Shown piece after piece: positions 10,601 to 19,664 of a stretch of DNA of 64,000 bases. The notes under the pieces are model-generated. The model did not search any database, was not told the origin of the DNA, and saw only the letters and a program-made list of their open reading frames with translations. A program made the position numbers and the translations under genes. The DNA comes from Nitrospirota bacterium. Lineage in GTDB: Bacteria; JACPQY01. Location of the stretch: NCBI GenBank assembly GCA_016180645.1, contig JACPAV010000020.1, forward strand, positions 1 to 64,000, given 5' to 3'. Numbering within the stretch: position 1 is the first letter of the stretch; each line of letters starts with the position of its first letter.

Positions 10601-10786
10601 AGCACTGCGCCCGTGACCGTGGGCGGACTTGCCGGGGTCGTTGGGATTGCCGCGGGCTGGAATCACACCTGTGCTCTGCGGTCGGATGGGAAGATTCTCT
10701 GTTGGGGGGCGAACACATGCGGCCAGCTTGGGGACGGGACCACCGTGGACGGAAGCGTGCCGACGGCGGTCCTGAACTTCCCTTGA
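7619..10786 (+). CDS. Large surface lipoprotein: GIRGG repeats, Ig-like repeats, FN3 and a 7-repeat RCC1/BLIP-II propeller, with an N-terminal HTH remnant
   Basis: Lipobox LFAGC; three C..F.CxLDG..CxSP Ig-like units; seven C...VKCWG.N..GQLG repeats. Confidence 0.85.
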   Translation: MKFFDAVRQARVQRKMGRSDLAEKVGISRISMGSSTLPPAGIVSPTVAVRGTGRFLFRVVLGALFAGCTAERRSDQEAVAQAREIIVDVPLTPEAAAAMVGIGEEAISAGVRLGRRGISQEVVRGGIRAEETQLIASGIRGGIRAGVRGGIRAGSQTGVRGGAQEGVRLSPGRQGSGAPDLSYEFRVTLPAGLDAQRPDLFVDIALTGAPSRPLVSMVAGGAVNVATGGQVQVNELELGTGATLLPDQDGDGVASLIEVAVSIVLVTDIRPDDPDSVPTQELVQKAFLRMQERLNALLKDQGFNGLVVVIVDLAAPDTSVSADVAKNGGFTKSTRIVFSLGCTEPGCRFSCELDGAAAEPCESPYSTEAGEGRHELRVRASDALGNADRTPAVFVWTVITKGAATVPEDVPAPVSNAAAATVKFGCGAGSGCAFRCELDGKPFPAPQGACSSPLVLSGLGEGEHLLKIVATDAAGNTEPQPTVIAWTVDTKAPDTLVKSKPAALTSKVVAVFEFSSDDVAASFSCSVDGGVSQACSSPFSASVSEGRHVLQVVATDKAGNVDPTPATAAWELDTTAPSFAGLSGSQVVSVNQVTLSWSAATDKVTPAQKIVYEICQSTVAQSCVGNFVGAVAVPAGSTSYSMGGLSPATRYYLVVRAVDEAGNRESNLIEKSAATVLDGRVSGSAQHSCAVTGGGLVKCWGRGNSGELGDGVTSGPVTCGGSFYANPTPVTVNGLSGVVRVVGGGAFSCGLSSGGSLRCWGGNFYGQHGDGSRTTKSVPAGSDGVQGLSDVSVGAGGYHACGMFSGGVVKCWGGNGYGQLGGGGTSGPNDCEGQACSTTPAAVVGIGAAVGVVAGDLFACALEGDGGVKCWGENSMGQLGDGTVAGRGTPMTVPGVTPARRLFAGSTQACALMTDGNYKCWGSNAYGELGTGGTGPDTCGSTPCSRTPVTSVNLAGAVLPALGAGHTCGLFGGGVVKCWGQGGLGQLGNGGTSDSTAPVTVGGLAGVVGIAAGWNHTCALRSDGKILCWGANTCGQLGDGTTVDGSVPTAVLNFP

Positions 10787-10863
10787 GGTGCGTGGTGGCG
10801 GTTGGTTCCAGCATGCTGAGGCACTCGCCAAGATCGTCAGCCTCACGCCGGGGAGGACGCGGA

Positions 10864-13800
10864 ATGGAACATGGCCTGCCGGGTGGTTTGCCGGCCATCC
10901 TGGCTTGGTTCCTTCTTGTGGCGCCAGGAGTCCTGTTCGGGGTGTCTTGCGAGGGCGGTGGCTTGAGAACGGTGGAGAAGAGGGGACTCTTCACCTTCGA
11001 GCCGGCGCCGGGCAGCTACACGTTCACGGAGATCGCAGCGCTTGGCGGCGTGCGCGTTTCGGGGGAAAAGACGAAGAGGATCTTCTACAGATTTTCGACG
11101 GCGCCCGTTGTGGGTGACCTGCGGACGAGCGTCATGAAGAACGGTGACCAGATACCGGCGGTGGCGTTCCCGGGGAATGGTTCAGCTCCCACCCTGGAGG
11201 CGGTGCTGTATGTTGCCGCCGAATTGGAGAGCGGCGATGTTTCCGAGGTTGTGCGGGTTGACTACAAGCTGGATCTTCCGCCCCATATCTTCTTCGATCC
11301 GCCTGTTGGAACGTATGCCGGGGCCGTCAAGGGCAGCGTCAAATGCAACGAAGGCTGTTCGCTGGTCGTTGGGAGGACGGCGGAAGGAGCAGACCGGCAG
11401 GAAACGCTGGGGAATGATTCGATGGAGTTCGACCTGGACAAGAACACGGAGGTCGTGGTGGTAGCCAAGGATTCGGCGAACCAGGTGAGACAGGTTACGG
11501 TGCACTACACCATCGGCGCGGAGATCCTGCTTACCATTGAGTCGGGGTCCTGTTCGGAAGCAGGCAGGGAGGCCGCGGAGAGCTTGATTGAGCTCAGATG
11601 CAAGACGTTTCCCGCGCGGCTCACGTTCACGAGCAACGCGGGTAAGCTGGAATTTTCGCTGGATGGGCAGACGTTTGCGCCGGTGAGCGGCGAGGTCGCC
11701 GTGGGAGAGGCGGGGGTTGTTCTGGTGCGCGCATCATCCGGCGCGGCCACGCGGACGTTCCAACTGGTTCTGGGGCAGGAGGGCGACTCGAAGATCTTCC
11801 TCTCTCCGAAACCGGGGTCGTATCGGACGGGGTTCACGCTGCGGGTCCTTTCCATACCGCGGGGTGACGTTACGGTTACCATCGTGGGGAGGGGGTTTGA
11901 GAAGAAGCCGGTTACGTGCAAATCCTGCAGCTTTGAATTCAAGGAGGAGGGGACCTACAACCTGCTCGTCTCATACGGCGTCATGCAACAAACCGTGGTC
12001 TACGTGATCGACTCGAAGGCCCCGGTCGTGACGCTCATCCCCGAGCCGGGGAGTTACAGCGTGACGACGAGCAAGCAGGAGGTCCGCTTCGAGACGGACG
12101 AGACGGCGAAAGTGAATGTGGTTGCATGCCAGGACCGGGGGAAGTGCACGGAGTTCAAGGAGGTGAAGCGCATCGGTCTTCCCAGCGGAGCGTGGACGCT
12201 GCTCTATCACTCCGTCGACGGCGCGGACAACGTGAGCGCCCCGCTTCAGGCCGTCTACACGATCTCCCAATCGCGGACCGTTCTTCCGAATGAGTTGAAA
12301 ATCGAGGCGACGCGGAACATTTCCGTGCAAGGCGGCTTCTTCCCGGTCCCGGTGAATCCGTCGACGAAAGTTCAGGCTTCCACGGCGTATCCGCCGTATC
12401 CGACCGTCGCCGTAACCCGGGCGGACATCAAGCGAGGCGTCATGTGTACCGAGGCCGGGCTGTTCGCGCCGAGCTTCACATCGACCTTGACCTGCACGGA
12501 CATGGATGTCGGAGATGCGCCGCTCTTCGCTTCCGGCAATTCCGTCTACTACGGAAACCCGGATTCGACGGCGGGCGCTTCGATCGTGATCTCCTGGCCT
12601 CTGCCGATCGAGGAGGTTCGGGCTACGGAGCCGGGGAAGATACTCTTCCTCGACAACGCGGCAAGCGTGTGCATTTGCACGCCGCCGTACGATTGTGGGA
12701 TCTCGTCGTCCGCGGACCTTGTCGCGATCGGCCAGAGCTTCGCGATGGTCAAGAGAACGGTATCGGGGTCCTCCACGAAGGAGAATACGAATATCGCCTG
12801 CCGCAAGCTGGCGTCAGGATCGAGGTTGATCGGAGCGATCTACGACCCCAACCCGGCGGCCCCGGCATCGACGGCAGCGGATCCTTTGCTGGACTTCGCG
12901 ACGAACGTGGTGGTGGCGAATTCGAGCGGGGGCGCGTTCACGGTGTCCCCTTTCCCGAGCAAGAGCCCGCTGAACGGAACGCCGCTCTTTGGCGACGTGC
13001 GCCTGCCCTACACGGTGATCTTCTATAGGGACACATCCGGGCGGGCGCATGCCGTCGTGTGGCGCGAAATCGACAAGGAGTACCAGTTTGACGAGGTGAT
13101 CCCCATCGACCCGGCCGGATTCGAAATGGTGGGAGACAAGCTCTTGGTGTGCGGCGGGCAGGGGGTCTATTTGGTTTCGGCGGGGATGAAGCAGTACGTC
13201 TACCTCGGGGAGACGGATATCGTCGGCTGCGGCATCAACTCGAACTTTTCTTTCATCGTGGTCGAGAAGGCGACGGGAGGCAACCCGAACAAGATCAAGG
13301 AACTGGACGTGCTGGCGCAGAATGCGACGCCGAGCGGCCGCGCCGTGTCTCTCCCGCAGAATGCTCATGCGAAGGTACTCACAGCGAAAGACTCGGTGAT
13401 CGTCGGCCTCCTGGACACGGGCACGGGTCTGAGCGGGTTCACGGCGGACTTTGACGAGGGAACGGCGCGGGTGATGGGAAGCGCGGCGCTGATGAGGTCC
13501 AACTACACCTATCCCGACATCGATCCATCTGTTGGGACGGCGGGCTATACAGCGCCTGCATTCAAGTCGGGCCCGGGGGCCGTGCTGGCCATGGCGTCCA
13601 CAAGCGGTGGGGATGCACCCGTGGTCATTGGATACCGGGATGTATGGTTCAATCTGCCCCTGCTTGTTGGGGGGAACAAAGGGATTTTTACAGGGGAGCG
13701 GATGACCAACACCGCTACAACTGGGAATCAGGCGACCGTTTCGGTTCCTTCGACGGCGGCGCAGTTGGCGGTCTACAAGGCGCCAACGACGTCACTGGCG

Positions 13801-14817
13801 GGGGACCGAGAGTACGAGGTCTGGGGTCCACCGGAGATGTATGGGGTGCCTGCACTTAGAAATCCGCTAAGTACGAATCCAGTTCCGAGTGCCGGCATCC
13901 AGTGTGACTTGCAGACTAACGCTGCCCTGCCGGCTATTCAGACGCCGTGCATCTACTTCGTGGGTCCGGACCCAACGACTTTAGGTACGGGATCAAGTCA
14001 CAAAATGTTGTGGTCCATGGCGCCGAACGCGGGGACTGCCTATCGGTCAACTCTTTCGACGCGATGGGGACTCTACCTGTTCGACCCGGACGACATTCAC
14101 GTCTTCGGGAACAATTTCGCCCAGGCTTCGGACTCCGCGACCGATGCGCCGGCCACCTACAAGAACCGCGCGTATCCGGGCGGAGCAGTGGATTCCGCGG
14201 CGGCCGGATCGTTGGCGGCTGCCGGCCAAACGGACGTCATCCTAAAGGTCGTGCAGGGCGGGGCGTCCAAGATCACCCTGTTGGATTTTTCGGGATCGAA
14301 GGAGCTGGGAGGCGTGGGGTCAAGCTCGTTCATGGACCTGTCCCAAGCCGTTGTCTCGGCCGGAAGCTGGGGAGACGTAGCCATGGACAACGCAGGAAAG
14401 GGTCTTGTCCTGTCGCCCACGAAGCAGATCCAGGTGACACGGGGCAGTTGTACCGCCCCGGTATGTCCGGCTGCCTTCTCGTTTCCCTACCTCTGGGTGC
14501 AGGAGGGCGGGGGCAGCGCGGTGGTGCTCAAACAATACGAGCTCTACAGCTTCACGCCGCCCGCGATGGCGTCTCCGGCCGGTGTCACGTTTTCATGGAA
14601 ACCGGCGACGCCGATTATCTTCATACAAAGTGACGACTCGTCGCTGTCGATCGACGTAGGAACTTCGTTGAGCACTCTGAAGCCTCTCCCAAAGGAAGGG
14701 TTGTCGCTTGAGGCCGTTTCGACCCTCTTCTTCAAAATACCCGTAATAGGGGGGGCGCCGGTGAGTTCCGTCAAATTGCTGGTCCGGGAAATCGGCACTC
14801 CGGACAAGCTCGAGTAA
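10864..14817 (+). CDS. Large secreted lipoprotein with chitobiase/FN3-associated (P.PG.Y) domains
   Basis: GGAGG RBS, lipobox-like LFGVSC, repeated EPAPGSY/DPPVGTY/SPKPGSY/IPEPGSY motifs. Confidence 0.65.
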   Translation: MEHGLPGGLPAILAWFLLVAPGVLFGVSCEGGGLRTVEKRGLFTFEPAPGSYTFTEIAALGGVRVSGEKTKRIFYRFSTAPVVGDLRTSVMKNGDQIPAVAFPGNGSAPTLEAVLYVAAELESGDVSEVVRVDYKLDLPPHIFFDPPVGTYAGAVKGSVKCNEGCSLVVGRTAEGADRQETLGNDSMEFDLDKNTEVVVVAKDSANQVRQVTVHYTIGAEILLTIESGSCSEAGREAAESLIELRCKTFPARLTFTSNAGKLEFSLDGQTFAPVSGEVAVGEAGVVLVRASSGAATRTFQLVLGQEGDSKIFLSPKPGSYRTGFTLRVLSIPRGDVTVTIVGRGFEKKPVTCKSCSFEFKEEGTYNLLVSYGVMQQTVVYVIDSKAPVVTLIPEPGSYSVTTSKQEVRFETDETAKVNVVACQDRGKCTEFKEVKRIGLPSGAWTLLYHSVDGADNVSAPLQAVYTISQSRTVLPNELKIEATRNISVQGGFFPVPVNPSTKVQASTAYPPYPTVAVTRADIKRGVMCTEAGLFAPSFTSTLTCTDMDVGDAPLFASGNSVYYGNPDSTAGASIVISWPLPIEEVRATEPGKILFLDNAASVCICTPPYDCGISSSADLVAIGQSFAMVKRTVSGSSTKENTNIACRKLASGSRLIGAIYDPNPAAPASTAADPLLDFATNVVVANSSGGAFTVSPFPSKSPLNGTPLFGDVRLPYTVIFYRDTSGRAHAVVWREIDKEYQFDEVIPIDPAGFEMVGDKLLVCGGQGVYLVSAGMKQYVYLGETDIVGCGINSNFSFIVVEKATGGNPNKIKELDVLAQNATPSGRAVSLPQNAHAKVLTAKDSVIVGLLDTGTGLSGFTADFDEGTARVMGSAALMRSNYTYPDIDPSVGTAGYTAPAFKSGPGAVLAMASTSGGDAPVVIGYRDVWFNLPLLVGGNKGIFTGERMTNTATTGNQATVSVPSTAAQLAVYKAPTTSLAGDREYEVWGPPEMYGVPALRNPLSTNPVPSAGIQCDLQTNAALPAIQTPCIYFVGPDPTTLGTGSSHKMLWSMAPNAGTAYRSTLSTRWGLYLFDPDDIHVFGNNFAQASDSATDAPATYKNRAYPGGAVDSAAAGSLAAAGQTDVILKVVQGGASKITLLDFSGSKELGGVGSSSFMDLSQAVVSAGSWGDVAMDNAGKGLVLSPTKQIQVTRGSCTAPVCPAAFSFPYLWVQEGGGSAVVLKQYELYSFTPPAMASPAGVTFSWKPATPIIFIQSDDSSLSIDVGTSLSTLKPLPKEGLSLEAVSTLFFKIPVIGGAPVSSVKLLVREIGTPDKLE

Positions 14818-14824
14818 GGGGGGC

Positions 14825-17047
14825 ATGAACTTGAAAAGTAAAAAAGAAAAAGTAAAAAGGAAAAAGATTGCAGCAATGCTGGGGATGGCGGGCGGGATCG
14901 GCCTCCTCGGCTGTTCGCTCCTGGACGAACCGACAGCCGGCACGGCGGCGGAGAAGGGGATCGAGACCGGGGAGCTTCTTCAAAAGGGCGTGACGAAGGA
15001 AGGAGAAGGAGAGGATCGGTTTATCGGGCGGACGTTTGAATACGAGGTCAGGGGGCTGACCCGCACTGAAATCTCACTGCAGCCCGGGCAGAAGATCACG
15101 ATCCTACCCAAGTATGAGGGGGATCCGCCGCGGCTGTTCGACCCGGACGCGCCGCGCCCGTTCGCCCCGAAAGGATCCCTCGTGTTCGGCTTTGACTTTG
15201 ACGAGAGGGGACTGTTTCTTTATGACGACTGGCGAAAGTCCAAGGTCGAATTCGTGGTGTCCAGGGAGCTGGTCGGCAAGACGCTGTTTCTTTCGAACAA
15301 CAATGGCGAGAAGCCTCTGAAGGCGGTGGTCGTGGTGGGCAAGACGGACGCGCCGGCGCCTTGGGCTCCCCGATGGACGATCTCGAGGTCGGTCAATCCG
15401 ATCTTCAATTGGGATCCGGACCCGCAGTCCGTGAAGTACAATTTCCAAATCGATTCGTCGGGGCGTTTTTCTTCGTCGGAGCTGGTGGCCAGCTTCGACA
15501 CGTTTCCGACGTCGGGTGGAAGCGAGTCTCCCCTACCGCTGCCACTTTTCAACCTGGGTGAGGTCGCGCGGGTCGTTCTCGGGGAAGGACAATATTACTG
15601 GAGGGTGGCCTCGCAGAGAAACCTCGGGCGGCCGCTGGCGCCGGAGTTTGAGTGGTCGGACTACTCCTCCCCCACGCCGTTTTCCGTTGAGTTGGGTCTT
15701 CCGCCGTTTGTGCTTTTGGAGAAGCCTCTGGAGCCTATCGCGGTGGGCCGCATACAGAAGATCCGGTTCTTCAGCAGCGCCGACGCCTCGGGGAACATTG
15801 TGAGAGTCAGCGTTGGCACGACCGAGTGCAACGACAGCAACTATGGTCGGAGCGTGGGTGACTGGAAGTTCATGGTGGACCGGCGGGAGACGCCGTACGG
15901 TCCCGTGGCGTACACCGATTTGTTTGAGCTTCAAGTGGACGAGGCTCCGAAGAAGTACACGATCACGATCGAGGTCGTTGACTCCTTCGATGTCCTTTTC
16001 CGTGACATCGCGACCGTACCCATCACGCTGAAGAGCCTCAAGAACCTCCTGCCACCGTCTCTCCAGAAGCTGGATCCGACGATTGACTTGGAGGGGCTGT
16101 TCAGTCTCCGGCGGGCGGTGATCCGGCTGAGCGAAGACACCTGTTCGGGAACCAGCGGGGAACCTCGTACGGAATTCTTCAACCCGGAAATCATTACGTC
16201 GGATGCATTGGATGCTTTCGATGCTCTGGCGACGGCCTGCCTGACTTCCATCACGGACGGTACGATCAAGTTGGCCAAGATCCTCGCGATGCCGCCCGAG
16301 GAGATTCCAACCAAACGAATGCCATTCGTGCGGTTCAAGCTGTCGACCGACCCGACAAAAACCGTGACGCAGGTGCTGACGGCGGTCTGCCAATCGCTCA
16401 CGCAGACGGCGCAGGGTCTTGCCGGGATGCAGCAGGGCGGCGGTGGCGCGGGAGACGGGACACAGCCGCAGCTCGACTGCTCGGCCTTGCAGCAGCTCAA
16501 TCCCCAGGTGATCGGCGCGGTCATCGGTCCTTTCCTCAAGTCCGGCCAGACGTTCCTGGATGCGCTGAAGAACGCCGTCAAGGTGGACCTGCTTGTGAAT
16601 GGGGATGTGTTCAGCCCCAGAATCAAACTCGGGAATCTTGCGGATTTCGTCAAAGTGGATCTGGTGTTTCTGCCGGAAATCGCGTTCATCTTCAACATCG
16701 ATGTTCCCATCATCGACTTCGAAAGCGTGATCCAAACCAAGATCAACGACGTGCTGGGATCGGCCCAGGTGGGATTGAGACAGGTCTTCAACGAATGCCT
16801 GCCGGGCCCGGTGTCGGACATACTCAACCAGTCGTTTACGAACCAGCTCGCCGCCGCCAGCGGGGTTCTTTTCCAGAACGCGCTGACGGGCCGAGCCGGC
16901 CTGGCGGGGGGCGGGCTGCCCACGGGCAAGCAGGTGGGAGTCAGACCGCCCGCGCCCGTGAATGCGCCGATGCTGTTTCCCATGAACCCGGCGAACCTGG
17001 CCGGGTGGCAGGCGTTTGCGGAGGGGAAAACGAGCAATGAGCAATGA
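14825..17047 (+). CDS. Hypothetical lipoprotein with an FN3-like segment
   Basis: Basic N-terminus and GLLGC lipobox; YNFQID and LGEGQYYWRV motifs. Confidence 0.7.
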   Translation: MNLKSKKEKVKRKKIAAMLGMAGGIGLLGCSLLDEPTAGTAAEKGIETGELLQKGVTKEGEGEDRFIGRTFEYEVRGLTRTEISLQPGQKITILPKYEGDPPRLFDPDAPRPFAPKGSLVFGFDFDERGLFLYDDWRKSKVEFVVSRELVGKTLFLSNNNGEKPLKAVVVVGKTDAPAPWAPRWTISRSVNPIFNWDPDPQSVKYNFQIDSSGRFSSSELVASFDTFPTSGGSESPLPLPLFNLGEVARVVLGEGQYYWRVASQRNLGRPLAPEFEWSDYSSPTPFSVELGLPPFVLLEKPLEPIAVGRIQKIRFFSSADASGNIVRVSVGTTECNDSNYGRSVGDWKFMVDRRETPYGPVAYTDLFELQVDEAPKKYTITIEVVDSFDVLFRDIATVPITLKSLKNLLPPSLQKLDPTIDLEGLFSLRRAVIRLSEDTCSGTSGEPRTEFFNPEIITSDALDAFDALATACLTSITDGTIKLAKILAMPPEEIPTKRMPFVRFKLSTDPTKTVTQVLTAVCQSLTQTAQGLAGMQQGGGGAGDGTQPQLDCSALQQLNPQVIGAVIGPFLKSGQTFLDALKNAVKVDLLVNGDVFSPRIKLGNLADFVKVDLVFLPEIAFIFNIDVPIIDFESVIQTKINDVLGSAQVGLRQVFNECLPGPVSDILNQSFTNQLAAASGVLFQNALTGRAGLAGGGLPTGKQVGVRPPAPVNAPMLFPMNPANLAGWQAFAEGKTSNEQ

Positions 17048-17064
17048 GCAACGAGCAATGAGTA
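17031..17064 (+). repeat. Heptamer tandem (GAGCAAY) x ~5 across the stop codon
   Basis: gagcaat gagcaat gagcaac gagcaat gagtaa. Confidence 0.6.
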
Positions 17065-17076
17065 AAAGGAGGATCT

Positions 17077-18060
17077 ATGCCGAGTGAGTTGCGAATGATC
17101 CCGCCACCTGAAACGGGCGCGCACCCGTCCTCCGCAGTAGCTGCTACGGAGGGGGAAGCGCCCCGTTCCCTGCCTGCCGCGACGCGTGCGCGTCCTGCGG
17201 CGCAGGCAGGCGGGTCGGTTTCAGGTGGTGGGATGATGTTGCGAATGTTGGCGGGTGCCTTGATCGCAGGCGCAGTGGGGGCCGCCACGCTCGGGCCGAG
17301 GACGTCACTATCCGAGGAGGAGGGCGCCGGCGGGGCGGGGACGCCGTCGGCGGCGGCATCGCCGACGGCCGAGGAAATCATGAAGAAGGTGGCGGGGAGA
17401 CCGCGCCCGCGGACGTTTCTTTCATACATATCGATATTCACTCAGGAGTCCGCGGGTGGCAGGCCTCTTCTACAGAAGGGGTCGATCGCCGTGGATTCGA
17501 GCGGGGCCACGGGAGAGGACAAAACGAAAAACGACTACCGCATGGCCATGATCCTGAAGGATCCGCCGGATTTCGCCGGGAGCAAGGCGTACGACGAACG
17601 GAGGAACGGCGTCCGAACGCAGCTGATTTGTCCGCGGAGCATGCAGGGCCAGTGCCGGCCGGTGCCGTCGGGGTCTTCGCAGTTTTTCGGGACGGAGATT
17701 GAATGGGAGGACATCAACCAGGCCGATCCGGACCGGTTTCAGTACGAGATGGAGCGCGAAGAGACGGACCAGTGGATTATTCGCGGCAAGGTAAAGGCCG
17801 ACCCTTCGATGGGGTACCTTATTCGCGTGGACAAGGCGGAGTACGACGTGCGTTCGATCCTGAAGTACAAGGACGGGAAACTTTTCAAGGAAGTACGGAT
17901 GCAGGAACGCAAATCCATCACGGGGCTGGCCTACCCCATCCCGACGATTATCGACGTGGAGAACAAGCTTACCGGACGGACCAGCACGATGACCTTGGTG
18001 GACCCGAGGGCGGGCGTCAAGATACCGCCGGAGATGCTTCGGGTTCCAGGTCGCTCCTGA
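17077..18060 (+). CDS. Outer-membrane lipoprotein-sorting (LolA-like) protein
   Basis: PPDFAGS, FFGTEIEWEDI, DGKLFKE, ENKLTGRTSTM motifs; AAGGAGG RBS. Confidence 0.75.
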   Translation: MPSELRMIPPPETGAHPSSAVAATEGEAPRSLPAATRARPAAQAGGSVSGGGMMLRMLAGALIAGAVGAATLGPRTSLSEEEGAGGAGTPSAAASPTAEEIMKKVAGRPRPRTFLSYISIFTQESAGGRPLLQKGSIAVDSSGATGEDKTKNDYRMAMILKDPPDFAGSKAYDERRNGVRTQLICPRSMQGQCRPVPSGSSQFFGTEIEWEDINQADPDRFQYEMEREETDQWIIRGKVKADPSMGYLIRVDKAEYDVRSILKYKDGKLFKEVRMQERKSITGLAYPIPTIIDVENKLTGRTSTMTLVDPRAGVKIPPEMLRVPGRS

Positions 18061-18117
18061 TCTCGGTAGACGCAAGAAGGGATGAGCCGTGGCCGACACA
18101 AGGCTGGGCGCGGGCCG

Positions 18118-19551
18118 ATGGAGAGTGCCATGAGGCGGCTCGGCATGGCATCGTGGGCGGTGGGGGTGCTTTTGGTTTGCGGGCATCTGGAAGTGTGGGC
18201 GGAAGACGAAGCGACGGCGCCGAGCGCGATCGAGAAGCAGACCGATCTCTCGGGGTTCGTGGAGTCGCGGACGAACTACGGCTACGGGGGCGCCGAACTG
18301 CCGATGGGCATGCGCTTCGGCGGGTACCTGGAGGGTGCAACGAGGCTGGAAAACAGCCTGCTGCGGCTGTCGGTATTGGGTCAATACGGGAATGCGTTTT
18401 CCGAGGATCGGAGAACGCAACGGCTCGATGCCGATGTGTGGTACGCGTACGCCCAGGTGTGGATGGGTGAGCACCAGCTGACAGCCGGCAGGCAAGTCCT
18501 GAACTGGGGAACGACGCAGGTGTCTCTGATCGATCAGGTCCATCCGGCCAACAGTCGGGAGACTCTCATCCCGGAGGACTTCGCCAAGGTGCCGCTTGAA
18601 ATGGTGAGCTGGAGCTACGAGGGAATGGAAGCGTACGTATCGTTCTGGCGTCCGAGCTGGCAACCCCTCCTTTCCGAGAGCCAGGCGTTCGTGAAGAGCA
18701 AGGCGGCCTTCTCAACCAAGGATCTCCTCATCGACCTGAACGACTTCACCCGCTCTCCGGAGTTCCCGGTGCAGATGGGGTTCCGCGCGGATGTGGCGAT
18801 TCCGTCCACAACCGTGCGCATCGCTCCATCGGCGCAGGTTCTGGTGGAGCGGATACCCGCATTCGAGTTGGAAAAGGGCCTCCAGGGCACCCCGGGCAAG
18901 GGGTTCGAGAAAATCGACAATATCGTGGAGGAAGACGTGGGCGAGTCGGTGGCGGCAACGGGAGAATTCCCGATCGTGATACGGCCCAAGCACTATTTCC
19001 TCCTGGGAAGCGGGTTCGAATACCAATTCTGGTACGACGAGAAGAATGATGGGTACAAGTACACGCTGCGGGGCGAAGCGGGATTCTTCTCGGGGCTCAG
19101 GCTTCCCGACGAGGATCTGAAACAGAACAGGCTCCAGATCGGTGCGGCGACGGTTGAGATCGCCCGGCGCTTCGGCGACTTCACCGTTATCGATGAGGCG
19201 ATGTATGCGCGGCACTCGAAGGAGGTTGACCTGGTTGGATTGGACCGGACTACGTGGGCGAACCTCCTGGCCGTGCAATACACGCACGGCGACAACTGGT
19301 TCCCGCGCGTGGCGGCGATCTACGTCAACTCCGAAGGGTTCGCCCTGGTTCCGATGCTGGAATATGTGGTCCATCGGGGGGTCGACGCCGCACGGAAGGA
19401 TTTTCACACAAAGCAAACGTCGATGAAGTTCCGCCTCGGGGCCGTCATGGTGGAGGGAGAGCCCATCCGGGGCCGCGGGGCGCAGGCGGAGATCTTTCCT
19501 CGTCTTCAGGCGTCCAACATGGTGTTCGCATGGGTCCGTTATGAGATGTGA
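18118..19551 (+). CDS. Outer-membrane beta-barrel (DUF1302-like)
   Basis: Signal peptide, AGRQVLNWG motif, aromatic C-terminal strand AWVRYEM; sits between LolA-like and MMPL genes. Confidence 0.65.
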   Translation: MESAMRRLGMASWAVGVLLVCGHLEVWAEDEATAPSAIEKQTDLSGFVESRTNYGYGGAELPMGMRFGGYLEGATRLENSLLRLSVLGQYGNAFSEDRRTQRLDADVWYAYAQVWMGEHQLTAGRQVLNWGTTQVSLIDQVHPANSRETLIPEDFAKVPLEMVSWSYEGMEAYVSFWRPSWQPLLSESQAFVKSKAAFSTKDLLIDLNDFTRSPEFPVQMGFRADVAIPSTTVRIAPSAQVLVERIPAFELEKGLQGTPGKGFEKIDNIVEEDVGESVAATGEFPIVIRPKHYFLLGSGFEYQFWYDEKNDGYKYTLRGEAGFFSGLRLPDEDLKQNRLQIGAATVEIARRFGDFTVIDEAMYARHSKEVDLVGLDRTTWANLLAVQYTHGDNWFPRVAAIYVNSEGFALVPMLEYVVHRGVDAARKDFHTKQTSMKFRLGAVMVEGEPIRGRGAQAEIFPRLQASNMVFAWVRYEM

Positions 19552-19664
19552 CCCCGCACCAATCCCGCGCCCAGGCCCTCGCTTGGGTACACGCGAGAGG
19601 CGTAGCCGCCTTTCGGCTCCGATCGTTGCCTCACGACAGACAGACGATAGGATAGGTGCTGGGT
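19551..19664 (+). repeat. ~114-bp gene-junction inverted-repeat element, copy 1 (family B)
   Basis: ACCCCGCACCAATCC...GGATAGGTGCTGGGT; interior resembles 38990-39103. Confidence 0.75.

Noticed and set aside
10345-10863. N-terminal extension of the 1490-aa ORF
   Set aside because: Overlaps the RCC1 gene in another frame; the RBS and lipobox support a start at 10864.
15533-17124. 503-aa and 397-aa minus-strand ORFs
   Set aside because: Shadows of the plus-strand lipoprotein in GC-rich DNA.
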